From positions 1 to 53,535 of the forward strand of contig JACDAB010000176.1 in the NCBI GenBank assembly GCA_013695665.1: a stretch of 53,535 nucleotides of DNA, written 5' to 3'. The position numbers and the translations under genes are program-made. The DNA is from Geodermatophilaceae bacterium (lineage in GTDB: Bacteria > Actinomycetota > Actinomycetes > Mycobacteriales > Geodermatophilaceae). Positions 19,770 through 28,420 of this stretch are shown here, piece after piece (within the stretch, counting starts at the first letter, position 1; the number at the start of each line of letters is the position of its first letter). A model generated the notes under the pieces. That model saw only the letters and a list, made by a program, of their open reading frames with translations, had not been told where the DNA came from and did not search any database.

Positions 19770-20022
19770 TGGCTCCCCCTTTCGCCGTACGCAGGGAGTG
19801 CTCGCCGGATGTGACCCCGGCGGTCAACTCCGGGAGGTCGTGCGCCGGTGAACTCGCGCGCTCCGGGCGCGGCAGGTACCAGACGTCGTCATGGCTCCAC
19901 CCACGCCCAGGGCGGTAGCGGGGTTTGCGCCGGCCGCCTCCCGCGAAGACGAGCACCGCCAGCACGGCGGTTCCCAGGGCGGGCAGGCCGACGTAGATCA
20001 GCACGGTCTGGACCACTGTCAC
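19756..20022 (-). CDS. Small single-TM protein, possibly aa3-type cytochrome oxidase subunit CtaJ-like
   Basis: 88 aa with an N-terminal TM (VQTVLIYVGLPALGTAVLAVLVFAG) followed by RRKPRYRPGRGWSHDDVWYLP. This pattern and the pepN-DUF5130-small-TM synteny resemble what I recall for mycobacterial CtaJ. The gene overlaps the DUF5130 start by 14 nt. Confidence 0.45.
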   Translation of the reverse strand: MTVVQTVLIYVGLPALGTAVLAVLVFAGGGRRKPRYRPGRGWSHDDVWYLPRPERASSPAHDLPELTAGVTSGEHSLRTAKGGASGTW

Positions 20023-20056
20023 GGATGCACGGTAGCGAACGACACGCGATGGGGGC

Positions 20057-21475
20057 TCACCACATGCCGGGGTGTCGCTGCGCCCAGGGCTGCGCCGCCT
20101 CGAGCTGCGCGGACAAGGCGATCAATGTCGCCTCGTCGGCCGGTCGCCCGACGAGCATCATCCCCAGCGGCAGGCCCTCCGGAGTCCACTGCAGCGGGAT
20201 GCTCACCGCCGGCTGCCCCGTCATGTTGTACACAGCGGTGTACGCCGAGAACTGCTTCTGCAGCTCGAAGTCCGGCGCCCCCTGGCCATCGGCGAAGAAC
20301 CAGTCCACTGGCCGCGGTGGCAGCGTGCACACCGGAGCGAGCAGCACGTCGTACTCCGACAGGGCAGCAACCGCCGACCGGCAGTGCTGCTGCAGCGTGG
20401 TGAGCGCGGTCATCGCCTGCTGCCCACTCGCCGCCATGCCCCGCTCGCGCAACCATTGGGTCAGCGGCTCCAGCTCACCGGTCCGCGCTGGGTCGATCGG
20501 CAGGGTGGTCGCAGCCAGGCTCCAGACGACCTCGAAGTGCGGGATCAGCTCCGCTGTCAGCGGCGCCTCGATGTCCTCGACGTCATGGCCGAGAGTTTCC
20601 AGCAGCCTGCTGGTGTCCTCCCACGCCGTGCGGACCGCGGCGTCGACGACGGCGCCCGGAACCACCGGGTCGACGTACCGGCCCACCCGCAGCCGCCCGG
20701 GGTCGCGGTCGGCATGGCCGAGGAAGGACTCACCGGCGGGTAGCGGCGCGGCCCAGTAGGGGTCACCGGGCATCGGACCGGCCATCGCGTCGAGCATCGC
20801 CGCCGCGTCGCGCACGGTGCGCGCCATCGGCCCGATGACGCCGAGCCCGGTGACGTTTCCGGCGTACGGACCGCCGCTGACCCGACCGCGCGCGGTCTTG
20901 ATCCCGAACAGACCGCACACGCTGGACGGGCTGCGGATCGAGCCACCGCCGTCCGAGCCCTGCGCGAACGGCACCAGCCCGGCCGCCACCGCCGCGCCAG
21001 CGCCGCCGCTGGAGCCGGCAGCCAGCCGGCCGAGATCCCAGGGGGTCCGCGCCGCCGGCGCGATGGCGGGCTGGGTGTAGCAGGGAAATCCGAACTCGGG
21101 CGTGTTCGTCTTGCCGAGATTGATCGTGCCCGCGGCCCGCAGCTTGGTCACCACGTAGTCATCCACGTCCGGCACGAAGTCGATCATCAGTGCCGAGCCG
21201 AACGTCGTACGCAGTCCGGCGGTGCTGTTGAGGTCCTTGATCGCCGTCGGCACGCCGTGCAGGAGCGGCAGGTCCCCGCCCTCGACCACTGCCTGTTCGG
21301 CCACCCGGGCCTGCGCCAGAGCCTGCTCGGAGGCGACCGTGATGAACGCCCCCACATCGTCGTTGTGCGCGGCGATCCGAGCGAGATAGTGCTCGACCAG
21401 GGCGACCGGGCTCACCTCCCGGTTGCCTACGGCGGCGGCCTGTTCCAGAGCGCTCAGGTCGTGCAGGTCTCCCAT
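20057..21475 (-). CDS. Amidase (amidase-signature family)
   Basis: 472 aa from ATG at 21475 (MGDLHDLSALEQAAAV...). The AS motif GSSGGAGAAVAAGL and the conserved Ser/Lys context are present. The upstream part of ORF 20057..21724 is rejected. Confidence 0.88.
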   Translation of the reverse strand: MGDLHDLSALEQAAAVGNREVSPVALVEHYLARIAAHNDDVGAFITVASEQALAQARVAEQAVVEGGDLPLLHGVPTAIKDLNSTAGLRTTFGSALMIDFVPDVDDYVVTKLRAAGTINLGKTNTPEFGFPCYTQPAIAPAARTPWDLGRLAAGSSGGAGAAVAAGLVPFAQGSDGGGSIRSPSSVCGLFGIKTARGRVSGGPYAGNVTGLGVIGPMARTVRDAAAMLDAMAGPMPGDPYWAAPLPAGESFLGHADRDPGRLRVGRYVDPVVPGAVVDAAVRTAWEDTSRLLETLGHDVEDIEAPLTAELIPHFEVVWSLAATTLPIDPARTGELEPLTQWLRERGMAASGQQAMTALTTLQQHCRSAVAALSEYDVLLAPVCTLPPRPVDWFFADGQGAPDFELQKQFSAYTAVYNMTGQPAVSIPLQWTPEGLPLGMMLVGRPADEATLIALSAQLEAAQPWAQRHPGMW

Positions 21476-21538
21476 ACCTCGGGAGGCTAACCGCGGCCGG
21501 CGGCTAGCCTGAGCCAGGTGTCGGGAACTGAACGGACG

Positions 21539-22777
21539 ATGGCCGAGGACCTGGACCGCGCCGATCCGCTGGCGGCGTTCCGGGACCGCTTCCTCGTCCC
21601 GGACAGCGACCTGGTCTACCTCGATGGCAACTCCCTCGGCCGGCTGCCGGCAGCAACGCCGGGGCGGCTCGCCGAGGCGGTGACCGAGCAGTGGGGGCGG
21701 GGGCTGATCAGGTCCTGGGAGCACTGGATCGAGCTTGCACAGTCCATCGGCGACGAGATCGCGGCGGCCGTCGTGGAGGCTGACCCGGGCGAGGTCGTCG
21801 TCTCCGACTCGACGACCGTCAACCTGTACAAGCTGGCGGCAGCGGCTCTGGACGCGCGGCCCGGCCGCCGGGTCCTGCTCACCGATGATGACAACTTCCC
21901 CACCGATTCCTACGTCTTCCAGGGGCTGGCCGCCGCCCGCGGGCTGGAGCTACGGGTCATCGAGACCGATCTCGATGACGGACTGGCCCCGGCGGCGGTG
22001 CGGTCTGCCCTCGACGAGGACGTCGCGCTCGTGTCGTTCTCGCACGTCGCCTACCGCAGCGGGGCGATCGCGGACATGGCCACCATTACCCGGCAGGCCC
22101 ACGACGTTGGCGCCCTGACGCTGTGGGACCTGTCCCACTCCGGCGGCTCGATCCCGGTGCCGTTGCGGTCCTCCGGCGCGGATCTGGCGGTCGGCTGCAC
22201 CTACAAGTACCTCTGCGGAGGCCCCGGCGCCCCGGCTTTCCTCTATGTCCGCCGGGACCTGCAGGAGGAGTTGCAGCAGCCGATCTGGGGCTGGTTCGGC
22301 CAGCGGGACCAGTTCGCGATGGCCGGGCAGTACGACGCCGCGCCCGGGGTGACCCGCTTCCTGGTCGGCACTCCCGCGGTGCTGTCGATGATCGGCGTAC
22401 GCGAGGGGGTGCGGATCGTCGCCGAGGCCGGGATCGGCGCGTTGCGCGCCAAGGGACAGGCGCTCACGGAGTACCTGATCGAGCTGGCCGACGAGTGGCT
22501 CATCCCGCTCGGCTTCCGGTTGGCCTCGCCGCGCGACTCAGAGCGGCGCGGATCGCACGTGTCCCTGCACCACCCGGAGGCATGGCGGATCTGCCGCGCC
22601 CTCATCGAGCGCTACGACGTCGTACCGGACTTCCGCACACCCGACCGGCTGCGACTCGGGCCGGCGCCGCTGACGACGTCATACGCCGACGTCTGGGACG
22701 CGCTGGACCGGCTGCGTCGGCTGGTCGAGTCCCGCGCCCACGAGGCGTACCCGACACAACGCCCCCGAGTCACCTGA
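21539..22777 (+). CDS. kynU: Kynureninase
   Basis: YLDGNSLGRLP, LIRSW, NFPTDSY, WDLSHSGG, GCTYKYLCGGPGAPAF, GWFG and RGSHVS all align with the bacterial KynU sequence I recall. The start is ATG 21539 or GTG 21518. Confidence 0.88.
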   Translation: MAEDLDRADPLAAFRDRFLVPDSDLVYLDGNSLGRLPAATPGRLAEAVTEQWGRGLIRSWEHWIELAQSIGDEIAAAVVEADPGEVVVSDSTTVNLYKLAAAALDARPGRRVLLTDDDNFPTDSYVFQGLAAARGLELRVIETDLDDGLAPAAVRSALDEDVALVSFSHVAYRSGAIADMATITRQAHDVGALTLWDLSHSGGSIPVPLRSSGADLAVGCTYKYLCGGPGAPAFLYVRRDLQEELQQPIWGWFGQRDQFAMAGQYDAAPGVTRFLVGTPAVLSMIGVREGVRIVAEAGIGALRAKGQALTEYLIELADEWLIPLGFRLASPRDSERRGSHVSLHHPEAWRICRALIERYDVVPDFRTPDRLRLGPAPLTTSYADVWDALDRLRRLVESRAHEAYPTQRPRVT

Positions 22778-22866
22778 CACGTCGGACGCCCCGACCTGAG
22801 ATAGGGGAATCAACGCCTTGGCCGACGGGGACAGGTGATCTCCCCGTTCTCACCGGACGGGCAGAA

Positions 22867-23385
22867 TCAGGCGCTGACCGGCTCGGGCACCCCGAGCCAC
22901 GAATTCCACCGCGGGTCCGGATCGCGGTGTCCCAGCACACGCCAGGTCATCCCGGCCGGGACCCGCGGCGTCGAGCGCAACCGCCACCCCAGCTCGTTCA
23001 GGGTGCGGTCGGCCTTGATGTGGTTGCAGCGCCGGCAGGCGGCCACCACGTTGTCCCACGTATGTGGTCCCCCGCGGCTGCGGGGGACTACATGGTCGAT
23101 GCTGGTGGCCGCGGCGCCGCAGTAGGCGCACCGCCCGCCGTCCCTGGCGAATACGCCTTTGCGGGAAAGCGGGACCTGCACCGGATGAGGAACCCGCACG
23201 TAGCGGGTCAGCCGCACGACCGCCGGGATGGCGATCACGGTGGTGGCACTGTGCAGTGATTGGTCGGAGTCCTGCACGGCGACCGCCTTCGCGGCCAAGA
23301 TCAGGATGACGGCGCGCCGCGACGACACGACGCACAACGGCTCATACGTCGCGTTCAGCAACAGCGTCACGGTCGTCAGACCCAC
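22867..23385 (-). CDS. HNH endonuclease-domain protein
   Basis: 172 aa with a GTG start and GGAGG SD. The HNH core is CAYCG...IDHVVPRSRGGPHTWDNVVAACRRCNHIK. Confidence 0.85.
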   Translation of the reverse strand: MGLTTVTLLLNATYEPLCVVSSRRAVILILAAKAVAVQDSDQSLHSATTVIAIPAVVRLTRYVRVPHPVQVPLSRKGVFARDGGRCAYCGAAATSIDHVVPRSRGGPHTWDNVVAACRRCNHIKADRTLNELGWRLRSTPRVPAGMTWRVLGHRDPDPRWNSWLGVPEPVSA

Positions 23386-23475
23386 CGGCCACCTCCGAGC
23401 AGCGCCAAGTCAACCCGACAACTGGTCAGGATGCACGCGTTATCGCCCGTCGGCGCTCGCGTCTCGTCCGCACGA

Positions 23476-23515
23476 GTGAGCCAGGGTGAGCCAGGGTGGG
23501 CCGGGGTGGGCGCCG
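23476..23515. repeat. Four tandem 10-bp units (GTGAGCCAGG GTGAGCCAGG GTGGGCCGGG GTGGGCGCCG) in a divergent promoter region, followed by (CAG)4
   Basis: Read directly from the sequence between the HNH start (23385) and the prolyl oligopeptidase start (23562). Confidence 0.85.
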
Positions 23516-23561
23516 CAGCAGCAGCAACGGGTGGGCAACCCCAGCACGTAGGGTTCGCCGG

Positions 23562-25631
23562 GTGAACCTCTCCTACCCGCCGGCCGAGCGCAGCGATCAG
23601 GTCGACGTTCTGCACGGGCATGCCGTGGCCGACCCCTACCGCTGGCTGGAGTCAGTCGACGACCCGCGGACGCTGGCATGGGCGCAGGGGCAGGACGACC
23701 TGGCCAGGGCGCAGCTGGATCCCCTGGCTGGGCGGACACAGCTGCGGGACCGGCTCGGTGCACTGTTGCGCGCCGGCTCGGTGACGCCGCCGGTCTGGCG
23801 GGGCGGGCGAGCGTTCTACACCTGCCGGGAGGCCGACCAAGAACACGCGGTGTTGCTGTTGCGCGAGGCCGACGGTAGCGAGCGGGTGCTCCTCGACCCT
23901 ACCGAACTCGACCCCGCCGGGACGACGACGCTGGACGCCTGGGTCCCGAGCGTCGAGGGCGAGCGGCTGGTCTATCAGATCTCCGTCGGAGGCGACGAGG
24001 AGTCCTTGCTGCATGTGATCGACGTGGCTACCGGCGACCTGCTCGACGGTCCGATCGGGCGCTGCCGCTACTCCCCCGTCGGCTGGCTCCCGGGCGGTGC
24101 GCAGCTGTACTACGTCCGGCGCCTCCCGCCCGACGCCGTCCCGGCCGGCGAGGAGCAGTTCCACCGGCGGGTCTGGCGGCACACGGTCGGCTCGGATCCC
24201 GACCTCGACGTCGAGGTCCACGGCGCCGGCCTGGAACCGACGAACTATTACGACATCCACGTCTCGAGGGACGGCCGCTGGCTGACCGTCGCAGCCAGCG
24301 CCGGCACGGCGCCGCGCGACGACGTCTGGGTGGCCGACCTGGCCGCCTCCGGCCCGCTGCAGGAGGTGCAGGTCGGCATCGACGCGCGGTGCGCAGCCTG
24401 GGTCGCGCATGACGGCCGGCTCTATCTGCTCACCGATCGCGACGCCCCCCGCCGCCGGCTCTGCGTGACCAGCCCGACGACGCCGGCGTACGACGGCTGG
24501 CGCGATGTTGTTCCCGAGTCACCCAGCGAGGTGTTGCAGGACGTCGCACTGGTCGACGGCCCCCACGACGGCCCGCTCGTCCTGGCCGCCCACGGTCGTG
24601 ACGCGAGCAGCCGGTTGTCCGTCGTCGATCCCACGAACGGCACCCGGATCTGCACGGTGGACCTGCCAGGGGTTGGCTCCGTGACCGGCCTCACCGCCCA
24701 TCCGGGCGGCGGAAAGCAGGCCTGGATCGGATACACAGACTTCAGTACCGCCCCGTCGGTGCTGATGTGGGACAGCACCGCGCCGTACGCCACCAGCAGC
24801 TGGGCAAAGGCACCCGGCGACGCGCCGGCGGTGTCCGCCGAGGTGAGCGAGGTGCACTACCCCTCCGCGGACGGGACCACGATCCACATGTTCGTCATCA
24901 GCCCCGACGGTGTCGCCGACGAACCCAGGCCCACCGTGCTCTACGGCTACGGCGGGTTCAACGTCGCGCTGGCACCGGCGTACTCGGCCGCAATGCTGTC
25001 CTGGGTCACCGCGGGTGGGGTTTGGGCCGTGGCCAACCTGCGCGGCGGTTCGGAGAACGGCGAGGAGTGGCACCGCGCGGGCATGCGGGCGCACAAGCAG
25101 AACGTGTTCGACGACTTCGCCGCAGCAGGGGAGGCCCTGGTCGGCGGCGGCTGGACCACGCCCCCCCAGCTGGGGATCATGGGCGGCTCGAACGGCGGGC
25201 TGCTCGTGGGGGCCGCGCTCACCCAGCGCCCTGAGCTGTTCGCCGCGGTGGTGTGCAGCGCGCCGTTGCTGGACATGATCCGCTACGAACGATTCGGCCT
25301 GGGCCGGACCTGGAACGACGAGTACGGCACGGCCGCCGAGGCCGAGGAACTGGCCTGGCTGCTCGGCTATTCGCCCTACCACCGTGTCGTCGCCGGTACG
25401 GCGTACCCGGCGGTGCTGTTCACGACGTTCGACGCCGACACGCGCGTCGACCCGCTGCACGCACGCAAGACCTGCGCCGCGCTGCAGCACGCGACGACCG
25501 CGGGCGCCCCGATCCTGCTGCGCCGCGAGCTCGACGTCGGGCACGGCCAGCGATCGGTCAGCCGCACCCTGGACCTGGCAGTCGATCAGCTCGCGTTTCT
25601 GGCCGCGCAGACCGGCCTCACGGTGCAGTGA
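23562..25631 (+). CDS. Prolyl oligopeptidase family serine peptidase (S9A)
   Basis: 689 aa from GTG at 23562 (VNLSYPPAERSDQVDVLHGHAVADPYRWLE, a typical POP N-terminus). It has the catalytic GGSNGGLL motif and a C-terminal Asp/His region. Confidence 0.88.
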   Translation: MNLSYPPAERSDQVDVLHGHAVADPYRWLESVDDPRTLAWAQGQDDLARAQLDPLAGRTQLRDRLGALLRAGSVTPPVWRGGRAFYTCREADQEHAVLLLREADGSERVLLDPTELDPAGTTTLDAWVPSVEGERLVYQISVGGDEESLLHVIDVATGDLLDGPIGRCRYSPVGWLPGGAQLYYVRRLPPDAVPAGEEQFHRRVWRHTVGSDPDLDVEVHGAGLEPTNYYDIHVSRDGRWLTVAASAGTAPRDDVWVADLAASGPLQEVQVGIDARCAAWVAHDGRLYLLTDRDAPRRRLCVTSPTTPAYDGWRDVVPESPSEVLQDVALVDGPHDGPLVLAAHGRDASSRLSVVDPTNGTRICTVDLPGVGSVTGLTAHPGGGKQAWIGYTDFSTAPSVLMWDSTAPYATSSWAKAPGDAPAVSAEVSEVHYPSADGTTIHMFVISPDGVADEPRPTVLYGYGGFNVALAPAYSAAMLSWVTAGGVWAVANLRGGSENGEEWHRAGMRAHKQNVFDDFAAAGEALVGGGWTTPPQLGIMGGSNGGLLVGAALTQRPELFAAVVCSAPLLDMIRYERFGLGRTWNDEYGTAAEAEELAWLLGYSPYHRVVAGTAYPAVLFTTFDADTRVDPLHARKTCAALQHATTAGAPILLRRELDVGHGQRSVSRTLDLAVDQLAFLAAQTGLTVQ

Positions 25632-26623
25632 GCGTCGACAGCATCGTCGTACTTGCGCAACCGGACTGTCTCGACGAGCCCGGCGGCACCCTGTGCACGC
25701 TCGTCTACGAGGTGACCGGGCTGGAGTGGCTGGCGGCGAGTGCCGACACGCTGGTCGCCAAGCCGGCCAAGATCCTGCTGATAATTCTCCTCGCCCTGCT
25801 GGTCCGCTTCCTGCTCCACCGCGCGATCCGCCGGATTACCCGCACCACCGGCGAGGGCGTGCTGCCGGCTGTTCTGCGGCCCATGCAACAGCGGACCGCC
25901 GGCGTTCTCCCACTGGTGGGGGAACGCCGCCGGCAGCGCTCGGAGACCATCGGATCGGTGCTGCGGAGCGTGGTCTCGCTGATAACGCTCTCGATAGCCA
26001 CAATGCTCATCCTCGGCGAACTCGGAATCAACCTGGCCCCGATCGTGGCAAGTGCGGGCATCGTGGGCGTCGCACTCGGATTCGGCGCGCAGAACCTCGT
26101 CCGCGACTTCATCTCCGGGATCTTCATGATCCTGGAGGACCAGTACGGCGTCGGCGACGTCGTCGACCTGGGTGAGGCGACGGGCAGCGTCGAGGCGATG
26201 GGTCTTCGGGTGACCACATTGCGGGATGTGAACGGCATGGTCTGGTACGTCCGCAACGGCGAGATCCTGCGGGTGGGCAACCGGACGCAGGGCTATGCCC
26301 AGGTTGTGCTGGACCTACCGGTGGCACACAGCACCGATCTGGACGCGGCTCGGGCGGCCATGAAGGAGGTCGCCGACCAGTTGAAGGCCGATCCGGACTG
26401 GTCCGAGTCGATGCTCGACGACCCGCAGGATCTCGGCGTGGAGGCCATCACGGCCGAAGGCATCATGTTGCGCCTGCAGGTCAGGACCAGCACCGCTGAC
26501 CAGTGGCGGGTGGCCCGGGAACTCCGGCTGCGCATCAAGGAGCGCTTCGACGCCGACGGGATCAGGACTCCCCCGCCGTACGGCGCGTTGCGGCCAGACC
26601 TCGGTCCCGGCGTGATCAGCTGA
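25628..26623 (+). CDS. Mechanosensitive ion channel (MscS) family protein
   Basis: 331 aa. The GTG at 25628 overlaps the POP stop (GTGA). TM helices are followed by GFGAQNLVRDFISGIFMILEDQYGVGDVV, the MscS signature region. Confidence 0.8.
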   Translation: MSVDSIVVLAQPDCLDEPGGTLCTLVYEVTGLEWLAASADTLVAKPAKILLIILLALLVRFLLHRAIRRITRTTGEGVLPAVLRPMQQRTAGVLPLVGERRRQRSETIGSVLRSVVSLITLSIATMLILGELGINLAPIVASAGIVGVALGFGAQNLVRDFISGIFMILEDQYGVGDVVDLGEATGSVEAMGLRVTTLRDVNGMVWYVRNGEILRVGNRTQGYAQVVLDLPVAHSTDLDAARAAMKEVADQLKADPDWSESMLDDPQDLGVEAITAEGIMLRLQVRTSTADQWRVARELRLRIKERFDADGIRTPPPYGALRPDLGPGVIS

Positions 26624-26688
26624 GCGACGACGAGCCGGAGGGGCGCCCCGTCGCCACCTGCAGGCGGATAGGTAAGGATTACCGCACG

Positions 26689-27966
26689 ATGGGGAAGCAT
26701 TCACCGACCGCCGAGTCTGGTGGGGACTCCACGGTCGGGCCGGCCGAGGATCGTGCGGCCACCTACCGTGAGGTCTTCGCGGTCCGGGAGTTCCGCTACC
26801 TGTTCAGCGCCTACCTGCTGTCGCTCGTCGGTGATCAGCTGGCAAAAGTCGCGCTGAGCATCATCGTCTTCGAACGGACCGGATCCGCACTCCTGTCCGC
26901 GGTGACATTCGCCGTCAGTTATCTACCGTGGTTGATCGGTGGGCCGCTGCTGTCGGTGTACGCCGACCGCCATCCGCGGCGCCAGGTCATGATCATCTGC
27001 GACCTGATCCGGATGGTCCTGGTGGGTTCCCTCGCGCTGCCGGGGATGCCGCTGTGGGCCCTGGTGACGTTGCTGTTCATCTCCAACCTGTTCACTCCAC
27101 CGTTCGAGGCCGCCCGGGCGGCCACCACACCGGAGGTGCTCAGCGGGGACAAGTACGCAGTCGGGCTCGCCATGAGCAGCATCACCGCGCAACTGGCCCA
27201 GGCGATCGGTTTCCTCGCCGGCGGGGCCCTCGTCGTCCTCGTCTCCGCGCGGGGGTCCCTGCTGATCGACGCGGCGACCTTTGCGGTGTCGGCGATCCTG
27301 CTGCGCATCGGCGTACGACCGCGGCCGGCAGCAAGCCCGGATCGGGACGCCACCCTGTGGTCTGATGCGAAGCACGGCATGCGGGTCGTGTTCGGGATCC
27401 CGAGGGTGCGCTGGTTCATCTTGATGCTGTTCGTGGCTTCGGCCTTCGCCTATGCCCCCGAAGGTCTGGCGGCCGCCTATGCAGCCGAGTTGGGGCAGGG
27501 TCCCGCCGCGGTCGGACTTCTGCTCGCCGCGAGCCCCCTCGGGTTGGTCGTCGGCGGCGTCGTGATCGGCCGGATGCTGCGACCCAGCCAGCGCCAGGCC
27601 TTGCTGGTCCCCTTGGCCGTGCTGTCGGTTGTGATGTTGATTCCGGCGGCGCTTGTTTCCTCGCTGCCGGTCATCCTGGTGCTGTTTGTGATCTCCGGTT
27701 TCGGGGTCTCGTTCCTGATCCCGCTCAATGTCATGGTGGTGGAGGCGATCCCGCCCTCGACGCGGGCGCGTGCCTTCGGCGTCGTCGCCACCGGCCTGCA
27801 AGCCGTCCAGGGGATAGCCATCGTCGTGGCCGGCCTGGTCGCCGATCTGCTCAGCCCGAGCATCGTGGTGAGCCTGTGCGGGGTGGTCGGTACCGCAGCT
27901 GTGCTCTGGCTGGGTGCGCGTGGCCTCCGGGCCCCTCCCCCGGTGCCCGCCCCTCGCGGTAGCTGA
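26689..27966 (+). CDS. MFS transporter
   Basis: 425 aa from ATG at 26689, with about 12 hydrophobic segments and an EntS/DUF894-like N-terminal FRYLFSAYLLSLVGDQL. Confidence 0.8.
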   Translation: MGKHSPTAESGGDSTVGPAEDRAATYREVFAVREFRYLFSAYLLSLVGDQLAKVALSIIVFERTGSALLSAVTFAVSYLPWLIGGPLLSVYADRHPRRQVMIICDLIRMVLVGSLALPGMPLWALVTLLFISNLFTPPFEAARAATTPEVLSGDKYAVGLAMSSITAQLAQAIGFLAGGALVVLVSARGSLLIDAATFAVSAILLRIGVRPRPAASPDRDATLWSDAKHGMRVVFGIPRVRWFILMLFVASAFAYAPEGLAAAYAAELGQGPAAVGLLLAASPLGLVVGGVVIGRMLRPSQRQALLVPLAVLSVVMLIPAALVSSLPVILVLFVISGFGVSFLIPLNVMVVEAIPPSTRARAFGVVATGLQAVQGIAIVVAGLVADLLSPSIVVSLCGVVGTAAVLWLGARGLRAPPPVPAPRGS

Positions 27967-27987
27967 GCTACGAGGCAAGATCAGGGG

Positions 27988-28386
27988 GTGCCCGACGTGT
28001 ACCCCACACCAACAGACAGCTTCTTCGCCGAGATCGGCGGCGAGGACACGTTCCGCCGCCTTGTGCACCACTTCTACACCGGGGTGGCGGAGGATCCGTT
28101 GCTTCGCCCGCTCTATCCGGATCCGGACCTGGGCGCGGCAGAGACACGGTTGCGAATGTTCCTGATCCAGTACTGGGGCGGTCCGCGCACGTACTCCGAA
28201 CAGCGCGGGCATCCGCGCCTGCGGATGCGGCATGCGCCGTTCCGGGTAGGGCCGCCGGAGCGTGATGCCTGGTTGAGCCACATGCGGGCCGCAGTGGACG
28301 CCTTGGATCTGACCGCCGCCCAGGACAAGACCCTGTGGGACTACCTGAGCATGGCGGCGCAGAGCCTCGTCAACACCCCCGACTGA
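27988..28386 (+). CDS. glbO: Group II truncated hemoglobin
   Basis: 132 aa. [34 protein letters not shown]...[30 protein letters not shown] is a canonical GlbO match. Confidence 0.9.
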   Translation: MPDVYPTPTDSFFAEIGGEDTFRRLVHHFYTGVAEDPLLRPLYPDPDLGAAETRLRMFLIQYWGGPRTYSEQRGHPRLRMRHAPFRVGPPERDAWLSHMRAAVDALDLTAAQDKTLWDYLSMAAQSLVNTPD

Positions 28387-28420
28387 GCCGTTGTGGCCTC
28401 CGCTCGCGTCGAGGAGATTC

